Shown: one piece after another, positions 21,089 to 31,605 of the stretch
Position numbering within the stretch: position 1 is the stretch's first letter
How the letters are laid out: every line of letters begins with the position of its first letter
Assembly (NCBI GenBank): GCA_021831785.1
Contig: JAKBMB010000028.1
Coordinates: 162,620-226,619 of the forward strand
Direction of reading: 5' to 3'
From: Deltaproteobacteria bacterium
Lineage (GTDB): Bacteria; Desulfobacterota; Binatia; Binatales; Binataceae
DNA length: 64,000 nt
The notes under the pieces: model-generated
Seen by the model: only the letters and a program-made list of their open reading frames with translations
What the model was told of the DNA's origin: nothing
The model's database searches: none
Translations under genes and position numbers: made by a program

Positions 21089-22822
21089 TCACTGCGCGCC
21101 GGAGAGTTGGTCGGCAGTTCCCGCCTCGTAAGCGGGCAATGTGACGGTCGCCGTGGTGCCCTTGCCCAGTTCGCTGTCAACCTGGATAGTCCCGCGGTTG
21201 GACAATACTATGCGCTGACACACCGACAAGCCCAAGCCCACTCCGGAGCCGGCCGGCTTGGTAGTAAAAAAAGGATCGAAAATGCGGCGCAGATGCTCGC
21301 GCGGGATGCCGATTCCGTTGTCGATCACCTGCATCATCACCCGGCTTGCGCGCTCGGCGCCGGCCTCCCCAGGCTCGTTGCGCGTGACGACGCGGATTAC
21401 CCCGCTCTCGTTGAGCCCCGCGTCCGCGGCGTTGAACAGCAAATTGAGCAGCACCTGCTGCACTTCCTTGTCGTCGGCGAATACCGGCTTTAGGTCCGGC
21501 GCCAGTTCGGCCTCAAGGCGCAGACCCTGAAGACGCTTGCTGTAGGAGATGAGCCGCAGACTCTCGTTGACTAAAGCATTGAGGTCAATCGTTTTGCGCT
21601 GCGTCACCGACGGGCGGGCAAAATTGACCAGGTCCTTCAGCGTCCCCGAAATTCGCGTGATCTGCGACAGGATTGTGTGCAGCGTCATGCGCCGATTAGG
21701 GTCCTGCTCGCTAGTCAGCAGCGACTGCACCAAGGAAAAAATCGACGCCAGCGGATTGTTGACTTCATGCGCCACGCCGGCGGCGAACGTGCCGGCCGCG
21801 GCCAGGCGCTCAAACTTGAGCAATTCCTCCAGCATCTCGCGCCTTTGCGTCACGTCGCGCAGGGTCATCTGAATGAACTGGCTGTCGCCGTAACAAATCA
21901 GCGCCGAGTTTACGTCGAAATAGTGGCCCGCGATGGGCAAGTCATAAAGCTGGTCCGACCCGCGGGCCTTGACCGCTTCGAGGTGGCGCCTGGCGCCCGA
22001 AGCGACTGACGGGGAGACCAGGGCCCAGATAGGTTTGCCGAATATGTCATGGTCGATCATCCGCTTGCGTAATCGCTCGGCGGCGGAATTGAGGCTAAGA
22101 ATAATGCCGCTGTCGGGGTGTACGTTGAAAATCGGATCGGGGGCAAGGTCGATGGCGCGCCGATACTTCTCTTCCGACGCGCGCAAAGCGTGCTCGCGCG
22201 ACTCGATGTAAAAATGCGCCACCATCAGGCGCCGCTCGTCGATCGCTCCCACCACCGCGTCGACCAACTTGCGCTGCATGCGAGCGGGCGCGCGCGCATA
22301 AACGTGGTCAAGCAAAACCCGCTTGAGCGCGATATGAACCGCGTTGAAGCCCGAAGGGCTCGCGCGCGACAAAATTCCCTCCTGACAATGCTTGCGCAAA
22401 TAGACGTAGGTCTCGATGTCCTGCGGGTCGCGCAGATGTGAGACAAGGCGACACAGCGCGTTGCGCAGGCTTACTTCCAAATCGTCCAGCTCGGCGACCG
22501 AAACCTCGTTACACTCGACACGGTTGATCTGCTCGACCGCATTTGCCCACTGCTTGGCGATCTCCTCCAAGTTGCGATCGACCAAGTCGGCCGCCTGCCG
22601 CTGCACGCGCAGTGCAACCGGCGCGCAGCCGTAGACCCCGGGAAACAGCGGCTCCAACATCAGCCGAATCTTGTCCAGTTCGGCGCGGATCGCGGCGCGT
22701 TCTTGGTCGCTGACCGAGAGCGGCTCATCGGTCGGCTGATGCAACCGCGTGACCGCGCTCAAAGCGCACTCCCTGTCGCCGTTCGCGCCTAAATCCTTCA
22801 TCCTTTTCGGCAAGGAACTCAT
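21089..22822 (-). CDS. Cytoplasmic PAS sensor histidine kinase
   Basis: AGVAHEVNNPL H-box, QVLLNLLFNA, DNGIGI, FDPFFTTK, GLGL; PAS-like region; no TM helix evident. Confidence 0.92.
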   Translation of the reverse strand: MSSLPKRMKDLGANGDRECALSAVTRLHQPTDEPLSVSDQERAAIRAELDKIRLMLEPLFPGVYGCAPVALRVQRQAADLVDRNLEEIAKQWANAVEQINRVECNEVSVAELDDLEVSLRNALCRLVSHLRDPQDIETYVYLRKHCQEGILSRASPSGFNAVHIALKRVLLDHVYARAPARMQRKLVDAVVGAIDERRLMVAHFYIESREHALRASEEKYRRAIDLAPDPIFNVHPDSGIILSLNSAAERLRKRMIDHDIFGKPIWALVSPSVASGARRHLEAVKARGSDQLYDLPIAGHYFDVNSALICYGDSQFIQMTLRDVTQRREMLEELLKFERLAAAGTFAAGVAHEVNNPLASIFSLVQSLLTSEQDPNRRMTLHTILSQITRISGTLKDLVNFARPSVTQRKTIDLNALVNESLRLISYSKRLQGLRLEAELAPDLKPVFADDKEVQQVLLNLLFNAADAGLNESGVIRVVTRNEPGEAGAERASRVMMQVIDNGIGIPREHLRRIFDPFFTTKPAGSGVGLGLSVCQRIVLSNRGTIQVDSELGKGTTATVTLPAYEAGTADQLSGAQ

Positions 22823-23138
22823 GCAACAAGCCGCCTGCTGCGAGCCACGACCACGGCCGGCACGGCGCGGCGGACGAAGCGACAGAGGATAAAATTACCT
22901 ACACAGCCGCCGGCGTCGCGGCATTGAAAGCCCGCCGCCGCTCGTCGTCACAGGCCGCGTCTGATCGATAGCTCTATTTAATGTTAACACTCGCTAATTG
23001 GTCACGCCACCGCTCCTACCACTGCGCGCTATAGCCTCTTCTGGCGCACAACCGTTGGCGTGAGAAGCGCACGCCGAAACCCGCGGTCGCTTTTTTCGCT
23101 GAATTTGTGAATAATCCGGGTTATAAGGCGGAGGTGAA

Positions 23139-23879
23139 ATGATGCGTATGCGCTACTTGGCGATGGCTGCGATGGCAGCGTTGTTGGCGGTTGCTCCATG
23201 GAGAGGGGCGTGGGCGCAAAGCCCGCAGCCGTCCGCTAGTCCGGCCCCGGAAGCTGAGCAAGCACAACCGGGTCAGCCCGCGCAGGTGGCGGCCGCCCCG
23301 GTCGGCGTGGTGATTGTTGAGGAAGATGTAGTGGTCCCGCTAATCGGGGAGCCCGAGCACCATTTCCGCCACGCCCTCAAGTATTTTCAAAAAGGCAAAA
23401 ATGAGCAGGCGGCGCAACAGATCCGCATCGGCGCAGCGCTGCTCAGGCTTGAGGCCGGGCGCCACGAGGCTGCAAACAAGGAAGGGTTGCAAAGCGCAGC
23501 CGATGACTTGGACAAGCTTGCGGACGAGGTGAAGCAGGGCAAGGTGAAGTCGCCGAAGCAGCTTCAGCAGTCTTTCGCGAAAGCCGATCTTGCTTTGGCG
23601 CGGCATTACCAGAAAATGGCGAAAGATTCGCTGAGTGAAGCCAATGGCAAAAAGACCGGAGGTTGGCTTGCGGCGTCGGCCGACTATGTGGAACGCAGCG
23701 CCCACTGGGTCGGCCACAAGTTCGAGGCAGGCGAGGCGACAGTGGTGCGCGGAGCGCGCGCTCTGGGACAGAAGCTCAAGGCCGGGGGCAGCGCGGCATC
23801 GGGCGAGGTCGACAAAGGCGCCGACGCGATCGGCAACGAAGTGGATAAGCTCAGCGGCAGCCAGGGCGCGGCTAAGTAA
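23139..23879 (+). CDS. Secreted alpha-helical hypothetical protein
   Basis: GGAGG RBS, signal peptide ending AWA, Ala/Lys-rich helical body. Confidence 0.75.
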   Translation: MMRMRYLAMAAMAALLAVAPWRGAWAQSPQPSASPAPEAEQAQPGQPAQVAAAPVGVVIVEEDVVVPLIGEPEHHFRHALKYFQKGKNEQAAQQIRIGAALLRLEAGRHEAANKEGLQSAADDLDKLADEVKQGKVKSPKQLQQSFAKADLALARHYQKMAKDSLSEANGKKTGGWLAASADYVERSAHWVGHKFEAGEATVVRGARALGQKLKAGGSAASGEVDKGADAIGNEVDKLSGSQGAAK

Positions 23880-23974
23880 AGACCGGTCGCGTCTTTCGGG
23901 GACGGTTCCGAGCGGCCGCGGCTCGTCGCAGGCGGGATAGACCCGGGGCGAGATGGAAATGCGCTATAGCAAAG

Positions 23975-25291
23975 CTAGGGCGCCGGCGGGGCAATAGCCT
24001 CGAGTTCTCGTCCCGCGGTCTCGGGATAACACAAGTACATCATCAGCGACGCCGCCGCCCAAAACCCAGTGAGCGCGCAAATCGAGCTCCAGTGCGAACC
24101 GAGGACCCTATAGAGGACTTCTTCCAGAAGCAGCCCGAGGGCGCCGCCGGTCGTTCCAGCCACTATCTGCGCGCTGGCCGCGGCCGACCGATGCGAAGTC
24201 GGAAACAGCTCGGCGCTATAGACGCTCATTATCGTGCCGGAGGCCGTGTCGAAGAAAAGACGCAGAATCCAGACGGCCGCCACTATGTTGCTGCGCGTGA
24301 GGTAAATCCAAACCGTCAGCAGCGCTCCCAGGAACATGAAAAGCGCTCCGCTTAAGCGCCGGCCTCGGTAGTCGCTCACCTGTCCTCCGAAGACGCTGCC
24401 CAGAATCCCCAGGGCGCCGCCGAAAACTATCAGGAATGAGACCTGCGGAGCGGACCAGCGATGCGCTTCCTGAAGGTACTTGGGGAAAAAAAACGTCGCC
24501 GCGGTTGCACCCATCGCGTTGAGGAACGCAACAGTGACAACCGTTAGGAGGCGCCCCGGATAGGTCCTGAACAGCGCGCTCAAGGGCTCAAGGAGACGAG
24601 CGGGCCGAATCCCGCCCAGCTTCTCGGCCTCGAAGCGTTTGCTCTCGGGCAAAATCCGGCGCAGCGGCACGACGAGCGGAAGCGGCAGCAGCGCGAGAGC
24701 ATAAAGCCCGCGCCATCCGTAGGGAACAACGTCAATCAACGCAAACACCATCGCGGCCAGCCCGTAACCGCTAATGGCCAGCGCGCCTTGCAGTCCGACG
24801 GCCCATCCCCGCACTGCGGCGTCTACTTCTTCAGCCAGGATAACGAGCGAAACTGTCGTCTCCGCGCCGGAAAAAGCGCGGCTCGCAAATTGCGCCGCCA
24901 CGAAGCTGCGCTCGTGAGGCGCGATCGCGCTCAGCCCGGTGAATACCGTGTAACCGACGATGGTATATAGCAGCAGGCGGCGCCGCCCGAAGACATCCGC
25001 CAGCGGCGCGATCAGAAACGACGCCAGATAACCCAATCGGATCGTCGCGAGCATCCCGCCCAAACGGGCCTCGGCTATTCCCAGTCCGCGCTGAATCTGA
25101 GCCAGCGCAAGGCTTAGCAAAGCGCCGTCGTAGGTATCGAAGAAACCCGCCGTGGTCGAGATTGCGAACACCCGCCACTGTCGCGGCGTGAACGGGGGAA
25201 TCTGCCGCCCAAGAAACGTCCTTTGCCCGCGGCTTGCGGTCCGGTTCACGGTTTCATCGCCGGCAACGTCCTGGCGCGGAGTTTTGCTCAT
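23975..25291 (-). CDS. MFS transporter
   Basis: Motif A LADVFGRRR and its repeat SDYRGRR; about 12 hydrophobic segments. Confidence 0.9.
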   Translation of the reverse strand: MSKTPRQDVAGDETVNRTASRGQRTFLGRQIPPFTPRQWRVFAISTTAGFFDTYDGALLSLALAQIQRGLGIAEARLGGMLATIRLGYLASFLIAPLADVFGRRRLLLYTIVGYTVFTGLSAIAPHERSFVAAQFASRAFSGAETTVSLVILAEEVDAAVRGWAVGLQGALAISGYGLAAMVFALIDVVPYGWRGLYALALLPLPLVVPLRRILPESKRFEAEKLGGIRPARLLEPLSALFRTYPGRLLTVVTVAFLNAMGATAATFFFPKYLQEAHRWSAPQVSFLIVFGGALGILGSVFGGQVSDYRGRRLSGALFMFLGALLTVWIYLTRSNIVAAVWILRLFFDTASGTIMSVYSAELFPTSHRSAAASAQIVAGTTGGALGLLLEEVLYRVLGSHWSSICALTGFWAAASLMMYLCYPETAGRELEAIAPPAP

Positions 25292-25734
25292 CGCAGTTGT
25301 TGAGCAATGGCCTGCACCGGGCTCGCGCGCCCGGGATGCCGGCGGGGAGAACGCAGCTCGCGGCGCTCGGCGTATTGGTCTTTTTGAGCCACAACGTTAC
25401 GTAGTCGCGCGCCGCAACCGTCGAAGCGATCGGCGGCGCTTGCGCCTAGCACGATTAGATAAGCCCCGTGTCAGCGCTGCAATCGCACCGCCCGGAAAGA
25501 TCGGCTGCTCACCCGAGGCGCGGACAAAAAACAAGCTGGGTCAATGTGGTCGGCACGGGCGCATGGTTGCTTCGCGCGGCGCACAGACACAACCCCACCC
25601 ATAGCTGATGACCAATCAGACAAGAGCGGATAGCTCGGACTCAGGCCGCGCGCTCGGGTAAGGGCCTGCAAGCGCGTTGATGGTTGCGTGTGGAACGCTT
25701 GTCTACGAGCTTTTGGAGCCCTATCATTCGAAAC

Positions 25735-26685
25735 ATGTCAAGCGAAAAACGCCTCGGGCCTTGGGCCTTGGACTCGGTTCATAACGTCGATTGCCTAAGC
25801 GCGCTCAGAGAAATACCGTCGGACAGCTTCGATGTTGTCGTTACATCGCCGCCGTATTGGGGCCAACGCGAATCCTCGGGCGTAGGAAGCGAAGCTGATC
25901 CTCGGGACTATGTCCGCAATCTGACAGAAATTTTGGCCGAAACTCTGCGGTGTCTCAAACCTTCCGCAACGCTTTGGTTGAATATCGGTGACGCCTACAA
26001 CACTCCGATCAACTGGCACGAGAGCGATTTCCGCTTCAGTTCGCTTGGACCTCAGAGCAACGGTCTGCCAGCCTCTAATTCCGCCTACACAAAGAAACGT
26101 GGACGACGCCGAGCATTTATCGACAAGCATGAACGATGGCTTCAATATGGGAATCTGCTTGGGCTTCCCTATCGGGTAGTTTTCGCCTTGTGCGATAGGG
26201 GCTTTTTATTTCGAGGCGAAGTCATCTGGGAAAAGTCGCGTCCGCTGCCTGAAGGCCGCTGTCGACGGCCGCATCGGGGACACGAGGCGATCTATATCTT
26301 GGCAAAGACCGAACGACATTCTTTTCGCACGAGTCCGCCTGTGGGATCAGTTTGGAGGTTGATTCAGACGCCGAATTTAACGCCGCATTGCTCAACATTT
26401 CCGCTCGATTTGCCTATACAGTGCATTGCAGCCGCGGGCGTAACGGGCAGGGGAATCATATTTGATCCGTTCATCGGCAGCGGCACGACCGGCAGGGCAG
26501 CACTGATGCTTGGGCATCACTATCTTGGCTTCGAAATAGAGCAGAGCATCTGCAACTTAGCGAGACGATACATCAACGAGCCCTGCCAGAGCGTCCTGAT
26601 AGCGCCTGAGCGATTACGTCTTGTGCGAAGTGATCCGGCTGTTTCAGCAAGTCCAAAGTATAAATCCGCTTCCCTGAAGGCGTAA
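25735..26685 (+). CDS. Site-specific DNA methyltransferase (N4-C/N6-A, beta class)
   Basis: Catalytic VTSPPYW near the N-terminus, LWLNIGDAY, SAM-binding IFDPFIGSGTT near the C-terminus. Confidence 0.9.
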   Translation: MSSEKRLGPWALDSVHNVDCLSALREIPSDSFDVVVTSPPYWGQRESSGVGSEADPRDYVRNLTEILAETLRCLKPSATLWLNIGDAYNTPINWHESDFRFSSLGPQSNGLPASNSAYTKKRGRRRAFIDKHERWLQYGNLLGLPYRVVFALCDRGFLFRGEVIWEKSRPLPEGRCRRPHRGHEAIYILAKTERHSFRTSPPVGSVWRLIQTPNLTPHCSTFPLDLPIQCIAAAGVTGRGIIFDPFIGSGTTGRAALMLGHHYLGFEIEQSICNLARRYINEPCQSVLIAPERLRLVRSDPAVSASPKYKSASLKA

Positions 26686-27392
26686 CGCCCAGGCTCGGCA
26701 CGGTTCGGCTATTCGCAGAATAACAGTTGTCAAAAGACCCATGCTGCTCGATGTACCTGCGTTTATCGCTTGGTGCATCAGGCGTCCCAAGCTCCCCTCG
26801 ATTAACCGGCGCGCCATGCGGGGGCGGAAACGACTTCACATCCAACGTCCAAAGGGGCTGGTACGTCATCGGACACGCGCTCAGCTAAACTGGCTTTCAC
26901 GTGAACGCCGCCGAAAATCCCTCTTCTTTCCCTTTCCACTTCCAGATATAGACCAACATCGAGCTTAGAGCCCCCAATCCGTTCGGACAAGCCCATCACT
27001 TCAAGAGCAGCCTGTTTCTCTTTCCGACCGATGAGCGCTGCGATCCTGATGCCACGGGGCGAAAGCACTGGCCTATACAGTCATTCAACACTTATTTCGA
27101 GTGTATCGCCCGAAGCCCGAACCCAACTCTGCTTGGGGTCTTGATGCCTTCGAGACGACAGCAGCTCGCAATAGAGTCGATATACCACGTGATGCCATAT
27201 GTCGCTGGCATTGGCCTTCGACGAACGACGGAGAGCAAATAAAAATGCATTGGCGATCACATCGCGATTCTTGGTGCCCGAGCGCTCAAGTTCCGTTGCC
27301 ATCTGCGTCCGTGTGGCTTCATATATATTTTCGCTCAGACCGGGCAGATCGATCACCACGGCCACGTTGTTAACTTCCGTCTTGAGACGCAT
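26573..27392 (-). pseudogene. Disrupted BsaWI-like type II restriction endonuclease
   Basis: Three fragments (QSWVRASG; GVHVKASLAERVSDDVP; LWTLDVKSFPPPHG..NRGELG..KRRYIE.HG.F) split by an in-frame TGA at 27081-27083 and a frameshift near 26860; convergent with the MTase. Confidence 0.7.
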
Positions 27393-27668
27393 AACGAGCG
27401 TCTATCCTACTCGTTTCGGCCGTGGCTGGACTAGGCACGCTGCTGCTTCGCCTCAGTTGTGCGTCGCGCGGGCCAACTGGTAGGATACGCTGGTCTGGCG
27501 CTCGCCGCCGGGGCAATTCATTTAGGTGTGGCGGCACAAGAGGGGGACGGATGGGCTTAGCCTGCGCGCTGCGAGAGATCGCTCTCGCTCTAGCGCGCGA
27601 ACGAGATCGTTGCCGGTTCTCGGGGGCAAGCGGCCGCGCAGCCGGGGGCCGCGTGAAGGGATGGTTGA

Positions 27669-28694
27669 ATGCGCCTTTGCGTAGGGAGCTCGAAGGGAAT
27701 CATCATCCTTGACCCGGACCGTGGAAGCGCGCCGCTGATGGTGCACGCCGAACCGGCGCCGGTATGGTGTCTGGCGGCCGATTGCCAGGACTCACAGTTT
27801 ATTTATGCCGGTTCGAACGAGTGCGTCACGATGGGCAATGCGCGCGGGATGCGCACGCTCGCGCGCTCGTGCGACGGCGGGAGAAGCTGGGAAGACATCA
27901 CCCCGCGCGGCACCGCTGACGAAGACACTTGGACCATCGCCGCCTCGCCGGTCACGCCCGATCAACTGTTCGTCGGCACTTCGCGCGGCCGGATGTTGCG
28001 CAGCGACGATGGCGGCCGCACTTTTGCCGAGTGCCTTGGCTTGCGCGAAGCGCGGGCGAGGGCGCGCTGGGAGCCTGGTTGCGCCGGACACAGCCCCCGC
28101 ATCAGATCGATCGCTTTTGACCCGCGCTCACCCACAACGCTCTACGTCGCGGTCGAGCGCGGCGGAGTACTGCGCTCTCGCGACGAAGGCTTAAGCTTCG
28201 AGGCTTTAGACGGCGGCCTTCATCCCGACGTGCACGGCATCGCTGTTTCCCCTTATGATTCGAGGTTGCTCTACGCCGCCACGGGAGGCGGATTTTATCG
28301 TTCGGAGAACGCGGGAGCGTCGTGGGCCCGGATTCAGCTCGATTGCGTCCGCACTTACGCGCTTTCGGTTTTAGCGGCGCCGGAGCCTGCCGGGCTGGTT
28401 CTGACCGCGGCCGGCTTCGGCCCTCCGCAGACCTGGGGAGGATCCGCCGGGGCGCGGGCGCGAGTTTTCCGCAGCGTCGACCACGGCCGCACCTTCAACC
28501 CGGTGCTGCTCGCGCTGGGGGAGGATCCCACGCCGGCGATGATCATGGGAATTGTGCAAAATCAGGCGCGCCCGCAAGAGCTGTTCGCGATCACCAACCG
28601 CGGCTTTGCCCTGCGCTCGCAAGATCGCGGCGAGACCTTTGCGCCAATGGCGGCGAGTCTCCCGCCCGCGTACTCGCTCGTCGTCTTGGCTTAG
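27669..28694 (+). CDS. BNR/Asp-box beta-propeller protein (YCF48/VPS10-like)
   Basis: Repeated RSxDGGxSW/F motifs. Confidence 0.8.
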   Translation: MRLCVGSSKGIIILDPDRGSAPLMVHAEPAPVWCLAADCQDSQFIYAGSNECVTMGNARGMRTLARSCDGGRSWEDITPRGTADEDTWTIAASPVTPDQLFVGTSRGRMLRSDDGGRTFAECLGLREARARARWEPGCAGHSPRIRSIAFDPRSPTTLYVAVERGGVLRSRDEGLSFEALDGGLHPDVHGIAVSPYDSRLLYAATGGGFYRSENAGASWARIQLDCVRTYALSVLAAPEPAGLVLTAAGFGPPQTWGGSAGARARVFRSVDHGRTFNPVLLALGEDPTPAMIMGIVQNQARPQELFAITNRGFALRSQDRGETFAPMAASLPPAYSLVVLA

Positions 28695-28872
28695 CTGCAC
28701 CGGCCCCCTCCTTCTCGAAAGCCGATTCATTTAGGCTGCTTAGGTCCGAACGCCTGCGGGCTCCCGGCCGTGCGTCTTTGCACTCCCTACAGCGGGCCGC
28801 CACCGCCGTCCGTCAAGCCCAGATAACGGTCTCCACGAGCCCAAAACTCGCGCTCGAAGACCCGACCCGGGC

Positions 28873-28910
28873 TTGACAAATAGCGATCATGATGGCGAAG
28901 TAAAGGCAAA
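28873..28910 (+). promoter_or_regulatory. TTGACA -35 followed by a GGCGAA-N5-GGCAAA direct repeat (candidate repressor site)
   Basis: TTGACAaatAGCGATcatgatGGCGAAgtaaaGGCAAA directly upstream of the radical SAM gene. Confidence 0.4.
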
Positions 28911-28931
28911 GGTGCTCTGAGAGGTGCTTTT

Positions 28932-29984
28932 TTGCCGGCTCACGCGGACCGCATCGAAAATTGCTCCCCCACTCCTGCCGAAGACTCCAAGCGCGGCGTG
29001 ACTTTCCTTGAGATGCCGGTCAGGGAGATCGTCAACCGCTGCGCGAACGAGCGGCTGCCTTTCGACTGGACGATAAATCCTTACCGCGGATGTGAGTTCG
29101 GGTGCGTCTATTGTTATGCGCGCTACACGCACGAGTTTTTGGAGTTGCGCGACGCGATGGATTTCGAGCGTCGCATCTTTTTTAAAGCCGGCGCCGCGCG
29201 GGCGTTGACCGGCGCGCTTTCCCGCGGCCGACTTAGCCGTGGAACTATCGCGCTCGGCACCGCCACTGATCCCTATCAGCCTGCCGAGCGCAAGTTTGCG
29301 CTCACCCGCTCATTGCTCGAGGTGTTCGCCACCGCCGCCGGTCTTAGCCTTTCGATCACCACAAAATCCCATCTTATTGTTCGCGACTTAGACTTGTTGC
29401 GCTCGATAGCGAGCCGCTCGCGGCTGAGCGTCAATTTTTCGCTGATCACACTCAACCGTCGTTTGCAGCGAATTCTCGAGCCGCGCGCCCCACGTCCGGC
29501 CCTGCGGCTGCGCGCCCTGGGCGCGCTAAGCAGCGCGGGAATTTGCTGCAACTTGCTCGTGATGCCGGTGATTCCGGGCCTAACTGACCATGAGGCCGCG
29601 CTCGATAACTTGCTCAGGGCTGCGCGCCAGGCCGGCGCGGCGCAGATTTGGTGGCGTTCGCTTTTTCTCAAGCCGGCCGCTGCGCGCCGCTTCGTTCCCT
29701 TCGTGCGCAGCAAGTTGCCGCATCTAGGCCAGGAGATCGAGCGCCTTTACGGCACTCACGCATACGCGCCGAAGGCCTACGAGCAACGCATGAGCGAGAC
29801 CTTCCGGGCGCTTAAGCTGCGCTGGGGCTTTGCCGACGAGCAGCGCCGTCCTTGCCTGCCGCAAGCCGCAGAAACGGCGCGTCAATTTTCGCTCTTCGGC
29901 CCCGGTCCTTCGCGTCCTGGTTTGACTAAGAGGCAACCCCAGGGATCGGTCGTCTCCGAAAGCGCGCCGGCTTGCACAAGGTAG
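28932..29984 (+). CDS. Radical SAM protein, SPL-like PA0069/Rv2578c family
   Basis: INPYRGCEFGCVYCYAR, GTATDPYQPAE, ITTKS, LEPRAP. Confidence 0.88.
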   Translation: MPAHADRIENCSPTPAEDSKRGVTFLEMPVREIVNRCANERLPFDWTINPYRGCEFGCVYCYARYTHEFLELRDAMDFERRIFFKAGAARALTGALSRGRLSRGTIALGTATDPYQPAERKFALTRSLLEVFATAAGLSLSITTKSHLIVRDLDLLRSIASRSRLSVNFSLITLNRRLQRILEPRAPRPALRLRALGALSSAGICCNLLVMPVIPGLTDHEAALDNLLRAARQAGAAQIWWRSLFLKPAAARRFVPFVRSKLPHLGQEIERLYGTHAYAPKAYEQRMSETFRALKLRWGFADEQRRPCLPQAAETARQFSLFGPGPSRPGLTKRQPQGSVVSESAPACTR

Positions 29985-30141
29985 GTCCGAGACCGGGGGC
30001 CAACACGCCGCAGCCCACCCACTGAACGGCTCGCAACCTTAAGCGGGCCGCCAGCCGATGGCGCAGCGCGCAAGATACGGCGAGACCGTGTTGGCGCGCA
30101 AAATGAATCGCTTCCTGGCGCCCGAGAGCGAAGCCGGCGCG

Positions 30142-30830
30142 TCATCCCGGCGTGGCGCGCAGCGCGCCCGCGGCCGCGCCGCAAGCGTCGGCCTTCACGC
30201 AAAGGTTCGCGTCCAATGCTCCCTCGGCGAGCCATCCCAGCTCAAGGGCTTCCGGCACGATAATTCGAATACCTCGCGCGCGTCGCGCAAGAACTGAAAG
30301 AATACCGACTGCCCTATCGGTTTCGGCGCTACTGAAATGAGACGTTAGAACCACACTCACAAGGGCATCTGCCACAGGACGTGTGGAGACCTGGAGGCGG
30401 GCGCCGTTACAGAAAGCGCCGCCTCCGCGGCGGGCGAAATAATACTTGCGGAGTCCCGGAACTACAATTCCGCCGACTTTCGTCAAGCCCTCACGCTGGT
30501 AAGCTATAGACAGGCGTACAACGGCAAACCGGAAGCGAAATTGATCGTCCCGTCGATGGGATCGAGGATCCGTACGCGGTTGGCGCCGCCAGGCCGTGTT
30601 GCTGACTCTTCAGCGTAAACCACATGTTTGGGATGTCTTCCGAGAATGACATGTATAATTTCCTTTTGCAGCAGGATGTCACGGGCGGTCACGATATCGA
30701 GCCCTTTTTGCGCGTGATTCGTCCGGTCTCGAGCAGGCCTTCGAGGCGGCGCTGTGCCAGCTTCATGACCTTGCATAGCGTTCGTTCGACCGCCGCTAGC
30801 GCGCCGCCGGCTTTCGTTCTTCCCTTGCTC
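30142..30830 (-). pseudogene. Inositol monophosphatase family pseudogene
   Basis: DIVTARD, AEES, ILDPIDGTINF and GGGAFCNG, ELGWLAEGALD lie in different frames with stops. Confidence 0.75.
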
Positions 30831-30865
30831 TCGAGGTTTCCTCCATGATGTTTGCAGGGAATTGT

Positions 30866-30942
30866 TGGAGCGGGTGATCGGTTTCGAACCGACGACCTTG
30901 TGCTTGGCAAGCACACGCTCTAGCCAACTGAGCTACACCCGC
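30866..30942 (-). tRNA. tRNA-Gly(GCC)
   Basis: GCGGGTGTAGCTCAGTTGGCTAGAGCG-TGTGC-TTGCCAA-GCACA-AGGTCGTCGGTTCGAAACCGATCACCCGCTCCA; cloverleaf with encoded CCA. Confidence 0.96.
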
Positions 30943-30990
30943 TCACCAAGTGGCCAGATTCATTCGTTTATTCCACAGCGCCGAGGCTTG

Positions 30991-31605
30991 TCAACCGGCC
31001 GCTGCGCGCTTGGGGGCAGCGTGCTGCGCCCTGATCGCGCCGATCACCATCACATGATACCGAACCCCGGACCACACGCTGAGCACCGTGGCGACCCATA
31101 GCAGGAATAGTCCGGCAGCAAAAAAATCGACGTGCAGGTACGAATAGTGAATCATCAGACCTTCGAGCGCCGCCGATTGCAGGACCATCTTGTACTTGCC
31201 GAGTTCGTCGGCGCCGACCACGATGCCCTCGACCGCAGCGATCGCGCGCACTCCCGTCACCGCGATCTCCCGCACCACCAGCACGACCACGATCCACGCC
31301 GGGACGCGCGGCTGGCGCGCTATCGCCGCGAGCATTATCAGCGCCGCGGTCACCAGCACCTTGTCGGCGACCGGGTCGAGAAACTTGCCCAGCATGCTGC
31401 TCGTCCCGTAACTGCGCGCGATATGCCCGTCGAGGTAGTCGCTCAGCGTGGCAAAGAAAAACAGCAGCGCCGCACACGCCGACGGCACCGGCGACCCGAA
31501 AGTCAGCAGGTAGATCAGGAGCGGCGTAACGCCGATCCGAAAAAACGTTAGCAAATTCGGGGTCGATAGCACTGGTAGCGACGCCCTGGGACGCAAACTC
31601 GCCAA
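30991..31605 (-). CDS. pgsA: CDP-diacylglycerol--glycerol-3-phosphate 3-phosphatidyltransferase
   Basis: PNLLTFFRI, SDYLDGHIAR, GKFLDPVADK, REIAVTGVR; classic pgsA / tRNA-Gly linkage. Confidence 0.93.
   Translation of the reverse strand: MASLRPRASLPVLSTPNLLTFFRIGVTPLLIYLLTFGSPVPSACAALLFFFATLSDYLDGHIARSYGTSSMLGKFLDPVADKVLVTAALIMLAAIARQPRVPAWIVVVLVVREIAVTGVRAIAAVEGIVVGADELGKYKMVLQSAALEGLMIHYSYLHVDFFAAGLFLLWVATVLSVWSGVRYHVMVIGAIRAQHAAPKRAAAG

Noticed and set aside
22823-23138. Sigma-54 promoter near the NtrC-type two-component pair
   Set aside because: No TGGCAC-N5-TTGC match with correct spacing found
25620-25650. Possible tRNA-Gly att remnant before the MTase
   Set aside because: Similarity to the tRNA 3' end is too weak
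27081-27083. In-frame TGA in the endonuclease read as selenocysteine
   Set aside because: Not at a Cys-like catalytic position, no evident SECIS, and the gene has a second lesion
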